Both the position numbers and the translations under genes were made by a program. Positions 46,221 to 59,481 of a stretch of DNA of 64,000 nt are shown here, in pieces. Position 1 is the first letter of the stretch. Every line of letters begins with the position of its first letter. The notes beneath the pieces are model-generated. The model saw only the letters and a program-made list of their open reading frames with translations. It was not told where the DNA came from and searched no databases. This stretch comes from Azolla caroliniana. Taxonomy: Eukaryota; Plantae; Polypodiophyta. The DNA lies in the NCBI GenBank assembly GCA_043228905.1, contig JBHGNT010000015.1, forward strand, positions 11,532,001 to 11,596,000, given 5' to 3'.

Positions 46221-49200
46221 ATCATCATAAACAAATTACAAAACGGTTTTTGTCGAAATGATCATGTTAAGTGTTTGGAAAACATAATTCCATGAAAGAC
46301 ATCACCTCAAGTTACCCTTTTTTTCACAATTTCCTGACACAAACATGCATATTTTTATGATTTCTTTAGTGAACTTGATGTGAAAGAGCAGCAAGGAGAG
46401 ATGACAAGATTGTTGGGAATTTGGTCCCTTTGGATGGGATTCGAATGAGATCCGGAAACTAGATCGGATGGATTTGGTATGAACAAGATCCAGGGACATA
46501 TCTGTAAATATGTCTTTTGATGTGCCTATCATGGCCATATTTGTAAATAGCCCTAAAGTCATATAAGTATAAATATGACTTAGGGCAATCACTTTGTATG
46601 TTGGTGTCATTATTACCGTTGTATAGACACACAGAGAGAGCTTGAGGGAGAGAGAGAGAGCACGAGATATAAAAAGCTTTTCTGTTGTAACTGCCGGTTG
46701 GCGAAGACATAGGGCTTGAGGTCGTTGCCTCTTAGTCTCACATTATATCCTCTTCTTATAGTGATATTGGGGTTTGTGGGCTCCCATGGCTTTTCTCCCT
46801 ATTAGGGTTTTCCACATTAACATCTCGTGTCATTTCTGTTGTCTGTGTAAGTATATTAATCTCCATTTCTCTTTTCTTCCATAGAGTGTTTAAGGCTCGG
46901 TTGTGGCTGAGCACCATTTTTGCACAAACTGGTATCAGAGCGAAGGTTCTAAACCTTGAAGGAAATAGAAGAGTCATTCGAAAGCATGTTCAAGCACACC
47001 GGCTCCAACTACCCAGTGTGGAAGTCGAAGATGAGGGACATGCTCGTGGTCAAAGATCTTTGGCTGTCTGGTATAGTTCGGGGACAAGAAACCAGACAAG
47101 AAACTGACAAGGTACTTGCGTTTCTCTTGCTCGGTTCCCTCCCAGATAGTTGGGAGATGCTAGTTGTCCCCTTGGGCAACACCGGGCCGAAAGGAAAACA
47201 GTTGTCCCTGGCAAAGGTAAAAGCAAGCTTGCTGGATGAAGAAGCTCACCGAAAGGACCGGGAGTCCGGAACCGATCCAAAGGCCTTGGTCACAGAAGAT
47301 GACCATAACCGGGGAAGAGGCTAGAATCAGATTCCCCAAAACTGGGACAAATCGGGGATGACGTCGAAGTCAAGGGGAAGGTCCACTTGCTTTGATTGAG
47401 GAAAGTTGGGGCACTTCCAGAAGAATTGCTGACACTTCTGGAAATACAAAGGGGGAGCCGACATTCTAGAACCGAAGAAGATTTCAGTAAGGAGAGGAAT
47501 GTCAACAATCGCGACAAGTGAAGATGAACTGCTTCTAATCACTAAGGAGAGTCAGTTGCATCTTGTTAGTGATGAAATGACATGGGTGGTCGACTTTGGA
47601 GCGTCGTTCCACCTGACTCCCATTTGGAAGTGCTTCTCATCGTACAGAGCCAGAGATCACGGTTCTGTCTAGATAGGAAATGAAGATGCATGCTAAATTG
47701 TCGGCATAGGAGATGTGTGGTTGACAACATCAACCGGGTGCAAGTTGTTGCTAAAGGATGTCCGACACATTTCGGAGGTTTGGTTGAACCTGATAGCAGC
47801 CGATCGGCTAGATGATGAAGGCTACATGGGTAGCATCCGGAACGGAGTCATGAAGTTTTGCAAAGGGAGCCTGATTGTGGCTCGAGCTCGAAAGATCAAC
47901 ACACTGTACCTGATGCATGCCCGGATCTGGCTGGAGGAAGTGAACGTGGCATCTGAAAATGTTGGTGAGTTGTGGCACAAGAGGTTGTGTCACATGAGCC
48001 AGAAAGGGATAAGAAGACTTGCCGAAGATATCCTCATTTCGGAGGTGAACGACATGGATCTTGAGAAGTGCACCGATTGTTTGGCCGACAAGCAAAACCG
48101 AACCTCTTTCCGGTCAAGACCACCGATGAGACGGAATGCCCCACTGGATCTTGTGCATACCAATGTATGCCAAGTGGACACGAAGTCACATGCCGGATCG
48201 CAGCACTTTGTGACGTTCATTGATGACCACAGCCGGAAGCTATGACTATCACCGTTGAAGATGAAGGATCAAGTGTTGTCCGTCTTCAAGGAGTTCCATG
48301 CGAGGGTGGAAAGGGAAACCGGCCGGAAGCTGAAGGTGGTTCAAGCGGACAACGAAGGAGAATATTGGGGCCAGTTCTAGGAGTATTGTCGGTCGAAGGG
48401 AATCCAGCTTGAATTCACCATGCCGAAGACACCGGAGCTCAACGAATTGGCCGAAAGGATGAACCGAATAGTGATGGAGAGAGTCCGGAGCATATTGGCA
48501 CATGGTAAGCTGCCCAAGACATTTTGGGCTGAGGTGCTGATGATGACGACATACGTGATAGACAAATCACCCTCAACGCCCTTGGAAGGAGACCCACCAC
48601 AGAAAGTATGGACCGGTAAAGACGTGTCTTACCGGCATATGAAGGTGTTCGACTGTCTCGTGTACGTGCATGTTGCAAAGGCCAAGAGAGCAAACTTGTA
48701 TCCAAAGTCCTGGCCATGCATATTCCTAGGATATGGTGATGATGAGTTCGGCTATCGACTGTGGGACTTGGTCGACAAGAAGGTCATCCGGAGTCGAGAC
48801 ATAGTCTTTATCATAGACAAGAACATTTCCGACTAGGAGTCGGAGAAGAAGACAATGGACTCATCTTGTTGAAGGCGGATGACACTTGAAGAACCAGCCG
48901 GAGTCGGACCAGAAACCGAACCGATTGAAGAAGAAGATTTGGACACCGGAACCGGACAAGACCCCGAATTGGATTTGGATGAAGAATAAACGGAGGAGCC
49001 GGTGGCTGAAGTCCAAAGAAGAAGATATCCCCTCAGGGAGAAAAGAGCCCCCCGGAGATTTCCACATGTAGATCATGTGTTGCTAACCGACGAGGGGGAG
49101 CTAGAAAGCTCCGAGGAAGCGAAGAAAGACATCCACAACCGCAAGTGGTTAAGTGCCATGCAGGACAAGATGGATTCCCTACATGAGAACCACACATATG

Positions 49201-50226
49201 AAGTGATGGAGTTGCCAAAAGGAATGAGAGCACTCTGGAACAAGTGGGTTTACAAGCTGAAACCAAGAGACGCCGGAAAGCCACCCAGGTACAAACCCTA
49301 CATTGTGGTGAATGGCTTCCAGCAGAAGAAAGAAGTAAATTTCGATGAGATCTTTTCCCTAGTAGTGAAAATGACATCCATCCGGACGGTGTTGAGCATA
49401 GCAGCAAGCATGGATCTCGAGGTAGAGGAACTAGAGGTAAAGTCGGCGTTCCTACATGGCGACCTCGAAGAAGAGTTCTATATGCAACAACCGGCAGGAT
49501 TTGTCAAGAAAGGGAAGGAGCACCTGGTATGCTAGCTGAAGAAGAGCTTATATGGACTGAAGCAAGCTCCTCGGAAATGGTATCAGAAGTTGGACTCCTT
49601 CATGACCGACCAAAGATACCAGAAGACGTAGGGCGACCATTGCGTATTTGTGAAGAAGTTTGATAGAGGAGACTTCTTGCTACCACTGCTGTATATGGAC
49701 GACATGTTTATTGTTGGACGGAACCGTATCAAAATCAGAATGTTGAAGAAGGCTTTGAGCCAATCATTCGCAATGAAAAACATAGATCCAGTGAGACAGA
49801 TCCTAGGGATGCACATAATCCGGGACCGGCCGACGAAGCTATTGTGCCTGTCACAGGAAAAGTATGTGACAAAGGTGCTTCAATAGTTCAACATGTCGGA
49901 TGCCATGCCTGTCGGGTCGACACTTCCGGGAACTGCAAGTTGTCCGGGAAGCAGAGCCCGAAGATAAAGGCAGAGAAGTCGGAGATGATGAAGATACCAT
50001 ATGCTTCTGTCGTGACTTGAGAATATGAGAAAGAGGAAGATAAGATGACAATAGAAAGTAGAGAGAGAGAGAGAGAGAGAGAGAAAGAACACTAGAAATG
50101 GAAAGAGAGTTTATATTATAAGAGAGCAAGGATTACAAAGAGTAGGCTAAGGGGCTACAAACTAGTGTTGAACCGAATGAGTTGTGATGAATGAATAGAC
50201 ACCTATTTATAGGTCCTTATGGAGTA

Positions 50227-50322
50227 TTCTAGAATGTTCTAGAATGTTTTAGATATTTATGATATTTAATATAATCATGGAATATCCTAGAATGTCCTAG
50301 AATACTCTAGAATGTTCTAGAA
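50227..50322. promoter_or_regulatory. Heat-shock-element-like arrays in LTR U3 (also about 59827-59922)
   Basis: TTCTAGAATGTTCTAGAA (four alternating nGAAn units) and a second 10-bp-period CTAGAAT cluster, just upstream of the minus-strand TATAAATA at 50211-50204. Confidence 0.7.
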
Positions 50323-53300
50323 TACTGTAAAAAATATCTTGTAATCCCTAATAATACATTTATTATAATTATGCATCATATATGTTATTATAATGGTTAA
50401 AGGTCTAACATATAGCCCAAGAAATCTTGGGCTCGAATCCTTGTAAGGCCAAAATGTATGTCTTCATGACATTATCCCCCCTTTTCCATGACGAGTTCCA
50501 TGAGTCGGAAGACAAGATTTCGGACTTGGCTTATGGGGGATATTTGTTGTGAAACATAACAACCATTTCAGAGGCATTAACAAGATTCTCGAGAGGTTCC
50601 CATGTTCGATCATTAGGTGTATAACCTAACCAGTCAACCAAATAATACAGTTTGTTGCGAGCGATCTTGGAGTCGAGAATGGCAGCAACTTCATATTTGG
50701 AGCCATCCGAAACTTCAATTGGAGGTAGGAGGTATGTAAGACGGCCTGGAATAGAGCTGGTTGTGTACAACTCCAAAAGTGAAACATGGAAGACCGGGTG
50801 AAGATGCATATGAGGGGGAAGATCAAGGCGAAATGCCACATCATTGATCTTACCAGATATCACATATGGGCCAAAACGTTGATAATCCAATTTGTAGCAA
50901 GGTCGAGTTGTTTTACTGCGACCTTATAAAAGCCATACTCGATCTCCCACTTGAAACGTAGTCGATGAATCACGTCGATGACGGTCGACAACCTTCTTTT
51001 GAGTGTTTTGAGCATCACATAAATGGTGCAAAAGGATATCTTGAACTTCTTGGAGTCGGGTGAGCCGATCTTCAGCAGCCGAGTTTGTTGGGAGTTCGGG
51101 ATGTTCAAGCATAGTCCAACGAGGATGGTACCCAATGTTTGCAAAAAATGGGGAATATCCAGTAGAAGAATGTTCTGAGTTGTTGTAAGCAAATTCTGCC
51201 AAATGTAATAGATCAACCCAATCATCCAGTTGATAGTTGACAAAACAACGAAGATATTGTTCTACTGTTTGGTTGGTGTGTTCACTCTGTCCATTAGTTT
51301 CTGGATGGTAGCCAGAAGAGAGTTTGCTAGAAGTATGTAAGAGTTTGAACATGTGCCGCCAAAATTTTGAGATGAATTGGGAACCCCGATCACTGATAAT
51401 ATCATCAGGAAGACCATGATGCCGAAACACCTTTCACATGAGTAACTCGGGTGTCTCTTGGCTCGTAATGGCCTTTGTGCAGGGAAGAAAATGTGTCATC
51501 TTGGTAAAACGATCTACTACCGTGAGAATAGAATCAAAACCCTTGGAATGTGGTAGATCTGTAATGAAGGCATTGGTTGTAATAAGCCATATCTCATATA
51601 AGAGATTTTGTCGAAAAAGTAAACCATCATGCCAATTGAACTAGTTGTAGTGTTGATGAGGATTTTGAGATTGCGAACAAGAAGCACAATCTGGATAATA
51701 TGGTTCAGAATATCTTGGGTGAATTCGTCAGTCTCAATATGCTCCTGAATGGAGTCCAGATAACTTGAATCCCCGGGTGTGTATATAGCATGAAATGCCA
51801 TTAGTCGTAGATGGTCAGGACCCAAGATGATTTGCTTCTGACTTTCAAATGCGGCCTCTCTTGGTTGAAGTTCCATATACGAACATTGAGATAAAGCATT
51901 TGCTTTTCCTTGTTGCGTCAAAAGGCGATATAGAATTACGAAATCAAAATGAGTTAAGAACTGCGCCCAACGAGCTTGTTGACGATTCAAGATTCAAGCA
52001 CTTTGGAAGTACATTAGATTTTTGTGATCATTATAGACAATGATTTGTTGAGACGAACCTTCCAAAAAATGACGCCATTGTTGAAAACAATCCACAATGG
52101 CAAGAAGCTCTTTGTCGTGAATCTCATAGTTGAATTCTGCAGCTTCGAATTTCTGTGAATGAAAAGCCACATGGTGCAGTTCGCCATCATTGCTAATCTG
52201 GGATAATACGCTTCCTAGTGCAAAGTCAGATGCATCATCTTCGAGTATAAAGCGCTTCAATGGATCAACATGCATCAAAATTGGTGCGGATGTAAATGCT
52301 TGCTTTAATCCTTCAAATGCAGAGTTTGCATTTATACTCCACACAAATGGCCGATTCTTCTATGTTAGTTGAGTGAGGGGCAATACGATCTTTGAATAAT
52401 CTTTGATGAACTTGCGATAAAAGTTTGCAATCCTTAAAAAACATTGGACATCTCGCACAAACTGTGGTGTTTGCCAATCCAAAATTGTTTGAACCTTTGC
52501 TGGATCCATAGAGATGCCATGTGAAGAGACTATGTACCCCAAAAATTCCACTTGACGTTGGTCGAAACTGCACTTCTCCAATTTCGCATAGAGACCATAT
52601 TCACACAACCGTTGCATAGCTTGTCGAACGTGTATATCATGATCCTCTTGAGTTTTTGAATAGATCAAGATATCATCTAGGTAAATTATGACGAAAATAT
52701 CGAGAAAATCTCGAAAAATGTCATTTGCCATATGTTGGAAAACTGTTGGTGCATTTGTGAGACCAAATGGCATCACTGTATACTCAAAATGCCCATAGCG
52801 AGTACGGAAAGTAGTCTTCCATTCTTCCCCAGGACGAATTCGAACAAGATTGTAAGCACCTCGAAGATTTAACTTTGTGAAATACTTAGCTCCAGTGAGG
52901 TGTTCCAGAAGGCTCGAAATCAATGGTAGAGCATATCGGTTTCGAATAGTTGCTTTATTCAATCCTCAATAATCCACGACCAGACGAAGCGAACCATCTT
53001 TCTTCTTAACGAAAAATATGAGTGCGCCGACAGGAGATCTTGAATGCTGGATAAACCCATTCACCAAGTTCTCATCGATATATTCCCGAAGAACCTCTAA
53101 CTCCGTGGGTGAAAGGGTTATAAATTGGCCCCCATGGAGGCTCTTTTCCGGGCTGCAAATCAATCGGGCAATCATATGGTCGATGCTCTGGTAGTCTATT
53201 GGCCTTCACCTTATCAAACACAGCGGAGAATTCTATATATTTCTTTGGTAGTTGGACCCCCGATTCTTGTGAGCTTAATGTGGGAGTTGCTAAAACCGCA

Positions 53301-55518
53301 AACACCAACATGTCTTCCTTCCGTCCTTCCTCACGTAATTGTTGTATAGAGATTGTCGAAATATTTTGGAAGGTCATATTCTTTGTTGGAGTTTTAAGAG
53401 ACTTAGACTGTATTGTGACATCTTCAATTGTTCTTTTTCTCCAATCAATAGTTGGGTTATGTAGCTCAAACCATGGAAGACCAAGAACTAGGGAGTGCTC
53501 TGGACTACTAATCATGTTGAATGAGATGACACTAGCCAAATTGCCTAGGACTACACAAATTGGTTCGGACTCTTCAACGATATCACCTGATGCTATGGGG
53601 CATCCATCAATGACTTCGACAAACACTAGTCTTGGGAGCTTATGCAATTGAATATTATGCATTACAACAAACTCACGATCCATGAAACAAGAGTTGGCTC
53701 CGGAGTCTAAGAAGGCAGAAGTTGGGACTCAATGGTACCTATATGTGTTAAGCTCACCTTGTGCAGAGAAAACTTGACTAACTTGACCGGATGAAATGGA
53801 ACCACAACTAGGGATGGACGTTACATGCCTAGGGCTATCCAACCAAATGGCTTCGATTTTGGCCGAACTTACTCGTTTAACACATCATCTAATTGGCTCA
53901 AGACATCAAATGTATTTTTATGACAGGGACTACTAGGCCTACTTGGGTTATGAGAAGGCGGGGCAGAAATTGAGATGGGATTGTCATGAGCATTTACTTG
54001 GTTAACTTGTTGTCGTGGTTTATGTGGACAATTCACAGCAATATGCCCTGGATCACCACAATAGAGGCATAGACGATTCACTCGCTGTCGTTGCTTTTCA
54101 GCATCCGATAATGGTCCTCGACGTCATGTTGTCTCGATTTCCATAGGAGTAGGGCCTTCCACCACTGTTGTGACACTTGACTTTGATAGTTGGGTTGGAA
54201 TTGCGACCACCGAAGCATATGTTTCTGTTGGTCGGAAGCGTAACATTTGTTGGCGCTCAAAACGCCGCTCAAATAAGCGATTGTCACATCGCACAACGCG
54301 GCTTACTGCTTCAGTAAGAGATTTTGGATCATCATGGAAGGTAAGAAGTAAATCCTTCACATCATTGCGTAGACCTTGACGAAATTGGTCCATTAATGCC
54401 ATTTCGTCCCATGGAATATCACATGCTAGAAGGCGAAAATATGCAACATAAACGGAAGCAGGACGATCTCCTTGTTGTAATCGCCAAATTTTGTTTATTG
54501 CGGTCCTCATACTATCAGTGCCTCCAAAGTTGGGTTGGAACTCATTAATAAACCCTTCAAAATCTTCTAATAATGGTGAGTGCTTCTCTAGGAGTGGTGC
54601 AAACCACGCTAATGCGGTACCCGTTAACAAGGTACCAACCAGACCCACACGAGCAACATCAGTTGGGTAACGGCTAGGATGCAATTTAATCACAAGCCGT
54701 ACCTGATTTAAAAATCCACGAAATTGAGACCTTGTACCATCAAACTTGACCGACAGACTAATCTTGGGTTCCTTCGGCGAGGTTTGAAATTCCGCTGCTT
54801 GTCATTGCACTAGAGTAGTCTCCTATTGATGCACCCTTTGAGATAATTCTTCATATTGTTGTACTTTTTCAGCACTTACTTGTTGTAGGTCTCCCAACAA
54901 TCTTTGATTTTCATGCTCCAGTGCCACGAATTTGATTGTTAGCATGTCGATCTCGGAGAGAACACGCATATATATTCTTGCTTGCTGATGGATTCCATAG
55001 TTGCGAGAGAAAATTGCTAGATTCGCTTGAATAAGGTTAAGATAAGAAGAAGAAGAAGAAGTTGGAGAAGAAGAAAAGAGAGATATTCGGTTCAAACTAT
55101 CGTGACTTGAGAATGGGAGAGACAGAAAGATAAGATGACAATAGAAGGTAGAGAGAGAGAGATAGATAGATAGATTATATTATCGTCTTCGGAGGTCAAA
55201 TATGACCTATGAGACCAAAAATATTACATTTCACGTGATATGTGTGAAAGTGAGTAGTGACTCTCGATGTTCAAGAACTTTACCAATGAATGTTGAAATC
55301 GAGAGTGCACATTGTGGTTGTGAGAGGAATTCATGCAAAGATTGGGCTCGATCGAAGAGATGTGTAAAGCATGGTCAAATATGATCAAAGGCAGAGCATT
55401 GTATCAAAGTGTGATACTCAGACTCGTGAACTTGTTTAGGGCAAAGTGCGCATAGCCGACCACTCTCATCACTTGTACCCCAACGCCCTGTTTCACATCG
55501 CAATGCATGTGAGCTAAG

Positions 55519-58500
55519 TCACATGGAAGCAATGGTTCGAATGGAAGATAACAGTATGGGCTCTAACATGTATGGATGTGTACGATTTCCCCGTTCCGCG
55601 AAGAATATGGTTTTGTAGTTAAGTGCAACATGTATAGTATAATGTGTGAAACATGAGCCTCCACATTTGTCCCATGTCATGATACATTGGCGTTGCAAAA
55701 ATGCCTCATTTACAGAGGAATTTAATGATGCATCATGAAGCAAGTGTCTCACATCCCATCTACCAAACCATTTTTCTATATCTTGCATCCAACTGGAACA
55801 CAAAATTTTGCTTTTATGCGTCTTTTGGATCTTTTTGCTTGCTTCCCACACAATTCTAGGAAGTCGATGTGAGGGACTTTTTTGAACCTTAAGCATGTGT
55901 TCAACAACCCTTTCCATGGCCATGATCTCAATGGGAAGCGATCCCGTCTCAAGGAGGAGGAGGGTGTAGGGCGTTTGTTTCTTAACTTGTAGAAACTTGG
56001 TAAGAAAATGCTTTTGGACATTTTCAAACTCTTTCCACATAAATTTAGGGATGCTACCGCCCCATACTTCCACCCCATAGAGAAGAACCGGTGTCACCAA
56101 AGTGTCGAAAAGATATTTCTTGAGGACCCAACACTTAATATCTCCAAGATTGCATGTGTTCTCAAATGCATAGTATGCTCGCTTGCCCGCCTCTAAGCGG
56201 CGTGTAGCACATTCATTCCATCTATGATTTGAAGGAACTTCAAGGCCAAGATATTTGAAGCTTTCCACACATTCAAGTGGCTCATTGTTGTACATAATGC
56301 ATGGTTTATCTCTTTTTTGGCTCTTCACAAGCATAATCTTTGTTTTAGAGCTATTGACACTTAATTTAGTATGCATGCAAAATTTTTCCAATGCCTTCAT
56401 AAGCTTTTGTGCATCTCCTAAAGTATTTGCAAAAAGCACTACATCATCTGCATATAGCAAAAGCATAATCACAACATTCCCAATGGCAACTTCTTCAACA
56501 CATTCTTCCTTTGCAAACTTGGTAACCATTTCTTCCAATTCATCAATGCATAGACCAAATAGTGTTGGTGAGAGTGGGCATCCTTGCTTAACACCAATAG
56601 TGCTTTTGAAAAAATCTGAAAGTTTATCTCTCATGCGCACACAACATATAACCTTCTCATAAATTCGGGAAATTGCAAGCATATATTCACTTGGCACCTC
56701 AAGTTCTTCCATTCGCCTCCAAAGATGCTCATGAGGTACCATATCAAAAGCTTTCTTGAAGTCTACAAAGCAACAATATAAACCTTTACCTCTAAGGAGA
56801 CTTTCCTCCGTTAATACTCGAAGGGTGATAAGGTGATCAATGGTGCTATGGTGTTTTCGAAAGCCAGCTTGTCCATAAGCGCTCTTACCACTTTTTTCAG
56901 CCCATACACTTATCTTTGATTCCATTATACATCCAAATAGTTTTGCCATTAATGAGCCAACCATGATGGTTCGATAGTTGTTTACATTATTTATATCTCC
57001 ACCTTTATGTAAAGGTTTGATCCAATTTGTAGTCCAATTGTATGGCATACCATGTTGCAATGCATCATTAAACATATCGCTTATCCATATATGTGCTTCC
57101 TTTCCCGTCCATTTGAGCATTTCAGCCTTTATACATTGAAGATCGCTTGCCTTTCGAGAGGCCAATTTCTTAAGTCCTATGCATATATCTTCAATTGTAA
57201 AGAAGGGAGGCATATGTGAAAGACAACCATAACACATCATCTTTCCGGCAAGAGATAACTCATATAAATTCTTACAATGCATAGACAAGTCGTGAAGAGT
57301 TAAGTCACCATAACTCTCAACACGTTTTCCCTTTAGATTTCCCCAAAATTTAGCACATGCATGTGCTTTCTCTTGCGTTTGGATAAGTTGTTGAGTAACT
57401 TCACATATTCTTCTCTTTCTTTGAATAAACCTTTTATACTCATGCAAATGTTTTTGGTAATTCTCTTTATCCTTAACTACATCCAAAACCATAAGGCACT
57501 TTCGAGCTTCATGACATTCTTTATCAAACCATTTTTTCCTAAGTTTCTTGGTGCATTTCCAAGATGTGCGATTGGTTGAAAAACATTTGTTTGTACATGA
57601 GAGAATGACTTTCTTGAAAGCTTCCCATTTGCATTCTAGTGTGGCACCATGTTGTATCTTTGTCATTTGTAACATATCCTCAACCATCTTGGAATACATG
57701 GGTGCTTGCTTAAGGTTCATGCTCAAGTGCGATTGTTTATTATCTTCAATAGCCTTCTCACAATCAAACCTATGCATACATTTGAGATCAATACATAAAG
57801 GCCTATGATCGGATTCCGGTGTCCATTCACCAAGTGAGAATTTATGAATACGATCCAAAATACATTCGGAAAGTAGCACATAGTCAATCACACTATTTCC
57901 ATTGTGTTTTCTACATGTAAAACCATTAGTGTTGGGCCATAAGGAAATACCATTTGCAATAAGCAATCCGGTACTATTGCACATTTGTAGGAGTAACTTC
58001 CCAAATTGGTCCAGATCTTTTTCATCGCTAGAAGAGCGGTTATACATTTGCATATCCTCTTGCATCCTTGAGATATGTGGCATGAAAGATTCTTGTGAAT
58101 CAAGTTGGAAACTTCTTGTACGAGCATTCATGTCACCAAAGACAATAACTTCCCCTTTGGATTTGAAATAAGCAATATCATCTTCTAGATTGGCAAACGG
58201 TTGATCTTTATCCAAACAAGCATAAAAGTTAGAATCTTGATGAGGAATGTAACATCCAACTACAAAAGTGGGCAAATCATTAGGTGTTTCTATTTTGAGC
58301 CATATGTAGCATTTATTTTCATCATTTTTTATGATTGACACATATTTCTGTATTTCCTTCTTAATCAAACATGCCACCCCTCCTTGTCCTCTTCTTTGTC
58401 TTGGATTTTTCTTCCATATCAAAGAGTGTACATTATAGTTTCCTAAACCTTGAATCCTTTGAGTATCATGCTCCCATGTCTCAACAAGAAGTGTGATATC

Positions 58501-58605
58501 CGAGTCATCGGTGAACTCCTCTATGCCAAATCCCGCATTCCATGGGTATCCATTGCAATTCCAAAAGCATAGTCGTAAAAGGCGTGGGTTAGTCTCATAG
58601 ATCAC
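55519..58605 (-). CDS. LINE ORF2: AP endonuclease plus reverse transcriptase (premature stop before the CCHC tail)
   Basis: WNCNG, ETW, GDMNAR, IDY and SDH endonuclease motifs; VDFKKAFD, GVKQGCPLSP and YADD RT motifs. Reading continues past TGA as LSSHALRCETGRW...CALC...H....C to about 55236. Confidence 0.95.
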   Translation of the reverse strand: MIYETNPRLLRLCFWNCNGYPWNAGFGIEEFTDDSDITLLVETWEHDTQRIQGLGNYNVHSLIWKKNPRQRRGQGGVACLIKKEIQKYVSIIKNDENKCYIWLKIETPNDLPTFVVGCYIPHQDSNFYACLDKDQPFANLEDDIAYFKSKGEVIVFGDMNARTRSFQLDSQESFMPHISRMQEDMQMYNRSSSDEKDLDQFGKLLLQMCNSTGLLIANGISLWPNTNGFTCRKHNGNSVIDYVLLSECILDRIHKFSLGEWTPESDHRPLCIDLKCMHRFDCEKAIEDNKQSHLSMNLKQAPMYSKMVEDMLQMTKIQHGATLECKWEAFKKVILSCTNKCFSTNRTSWKCTKKLRKKWFDKECHEARKCLMVLDVVKDKENYQKHLHEYKRFIQRKRRICEVTQQLIQTQEKAHACAKFWGNLKGKRVESYGDLTLHDLSMHCKNLYELSLAGKMMCYGCLSHMPPFFTIEDICIGLKKLASRKASDLQCIKAEMLKWTGKEAHIWISDMFNDALQHGMPYNWTTNWIKPLHKGGDINNVNNYRTIMVGSLMAKLFGCIMESKISVWAEKSGKSAYGQAGFRKHHSTIDHLITLRVLTEESLLRGKGLYCCFVDFKKAFDMVPHEHLWRRMEELEVPSEYMLAISRIYEKVICCVRMRDKLSDFFKSTIGVKQGCPLSPTLFGLCIDELEEMVTKFAKEECVEEVAIGNVVIMLLLYADDVVLFANTLGDAQKLMKALEKFCMHTKLSVNSSKTKIMLVKSQKRDKPCIMYNNEPLECVESFKYLGLEVPSNHRWNECATRRLEAGKRAYYAFENTCNLGDIKCWVLKKYLFDTLVTPVLLYGVEVWGGSIPKFMWKEFENVQKHFLTKFLQVKKQTPYTLLLLETGSLPIEIMAMERVVEHMLKVQKSPSHRLPRIVWEASKKIQKTHKSKILCSSWMQDIEKWFGRWDVRHLLHDASLNSSVNEAFLQRQCIMTWDKCGGSCFTHYTIHVALNYKTIFFAERGNRTHPYMLEPILLSSIRTIASM

Positions 58606-58611
58606 GTGTCC

Positions 58612-59481
58612 CTATTTGCCTACATTTCCATCTTTAGGCACATCCTTAACCTTGCTTTTCAATCTTTCTTCATATGCTTTACGACGAGCATTTTGTTGTG
58701 AGATAGTATGATCTTCACTCACAAAGCATTGTGTGCCTTTGAGGTATACCCAACTATTTTCGAGTATGATCCGCTGCTTTGTATCATCTGTCATTGTGCA
58801 TACAATAGGCCTTTCTCCGGAGCGACTAACACCATGTTTCCCAACTTGGTGTGCCCCATATACATTCACATCTGACATCCCATAATGCATGCTAAAAAAT
58901 TCACCAATGGCCTTTCCAAGGGATGCGGGTGTTTCAATACTCTCTTCTTTAATCCCACGGACGACAATGTTCTTTGATCGTCGTTCACGTTCTTTCAATT
59001 CTCGGACATCTATGTTTTCGGTATTCTTCTCTTGATGCATCACATGCATATTAGATGAGTTTGATAGCACATCCCCACCACATACATCGGCCCATGACTT
59101 CGTTGTACATACATTTTTCATCTCACTTACATCCCGCCTCATCGTGTCCAATTTTTCTTCTTTTAATGCTTCCTTTAACTAAATCTTGTTAAGGCGCTCA
59201 TTTGTTTCAAAAGAAGATCTTATACATTCTTGAATCTCTTCTTGAAGTTTTGCAACCACTTGTTTAAGACTTTCATTCTCAATGACAACACTTTGGAGCT
59301 TAGTATTCTCTGTCATTAACGTCCTAATCTCTTCACCTTGCTTGTTTATGGTTTCTTGAAGAGAAATCAAGTGACTCATAAGCATTTTGTCCATTGCATT
59401 AGAATTGAGATTTGTTGGTGATCTCGGCTCATTATCAATTATACCCCCAAACTTTGCGGCAGTTTTACGAGTATTTGCCAT
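58612..59481 (-). pseudogene. LINE ORF1 (coiled coil plus RRM-like), one in-frame stop
   Basis: ORFs 59179-59481 and 58612-59151 are in the same frame. Heptad-rich N-terminus and a KNIVVRGIKE motif. Confidence 0.85.
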
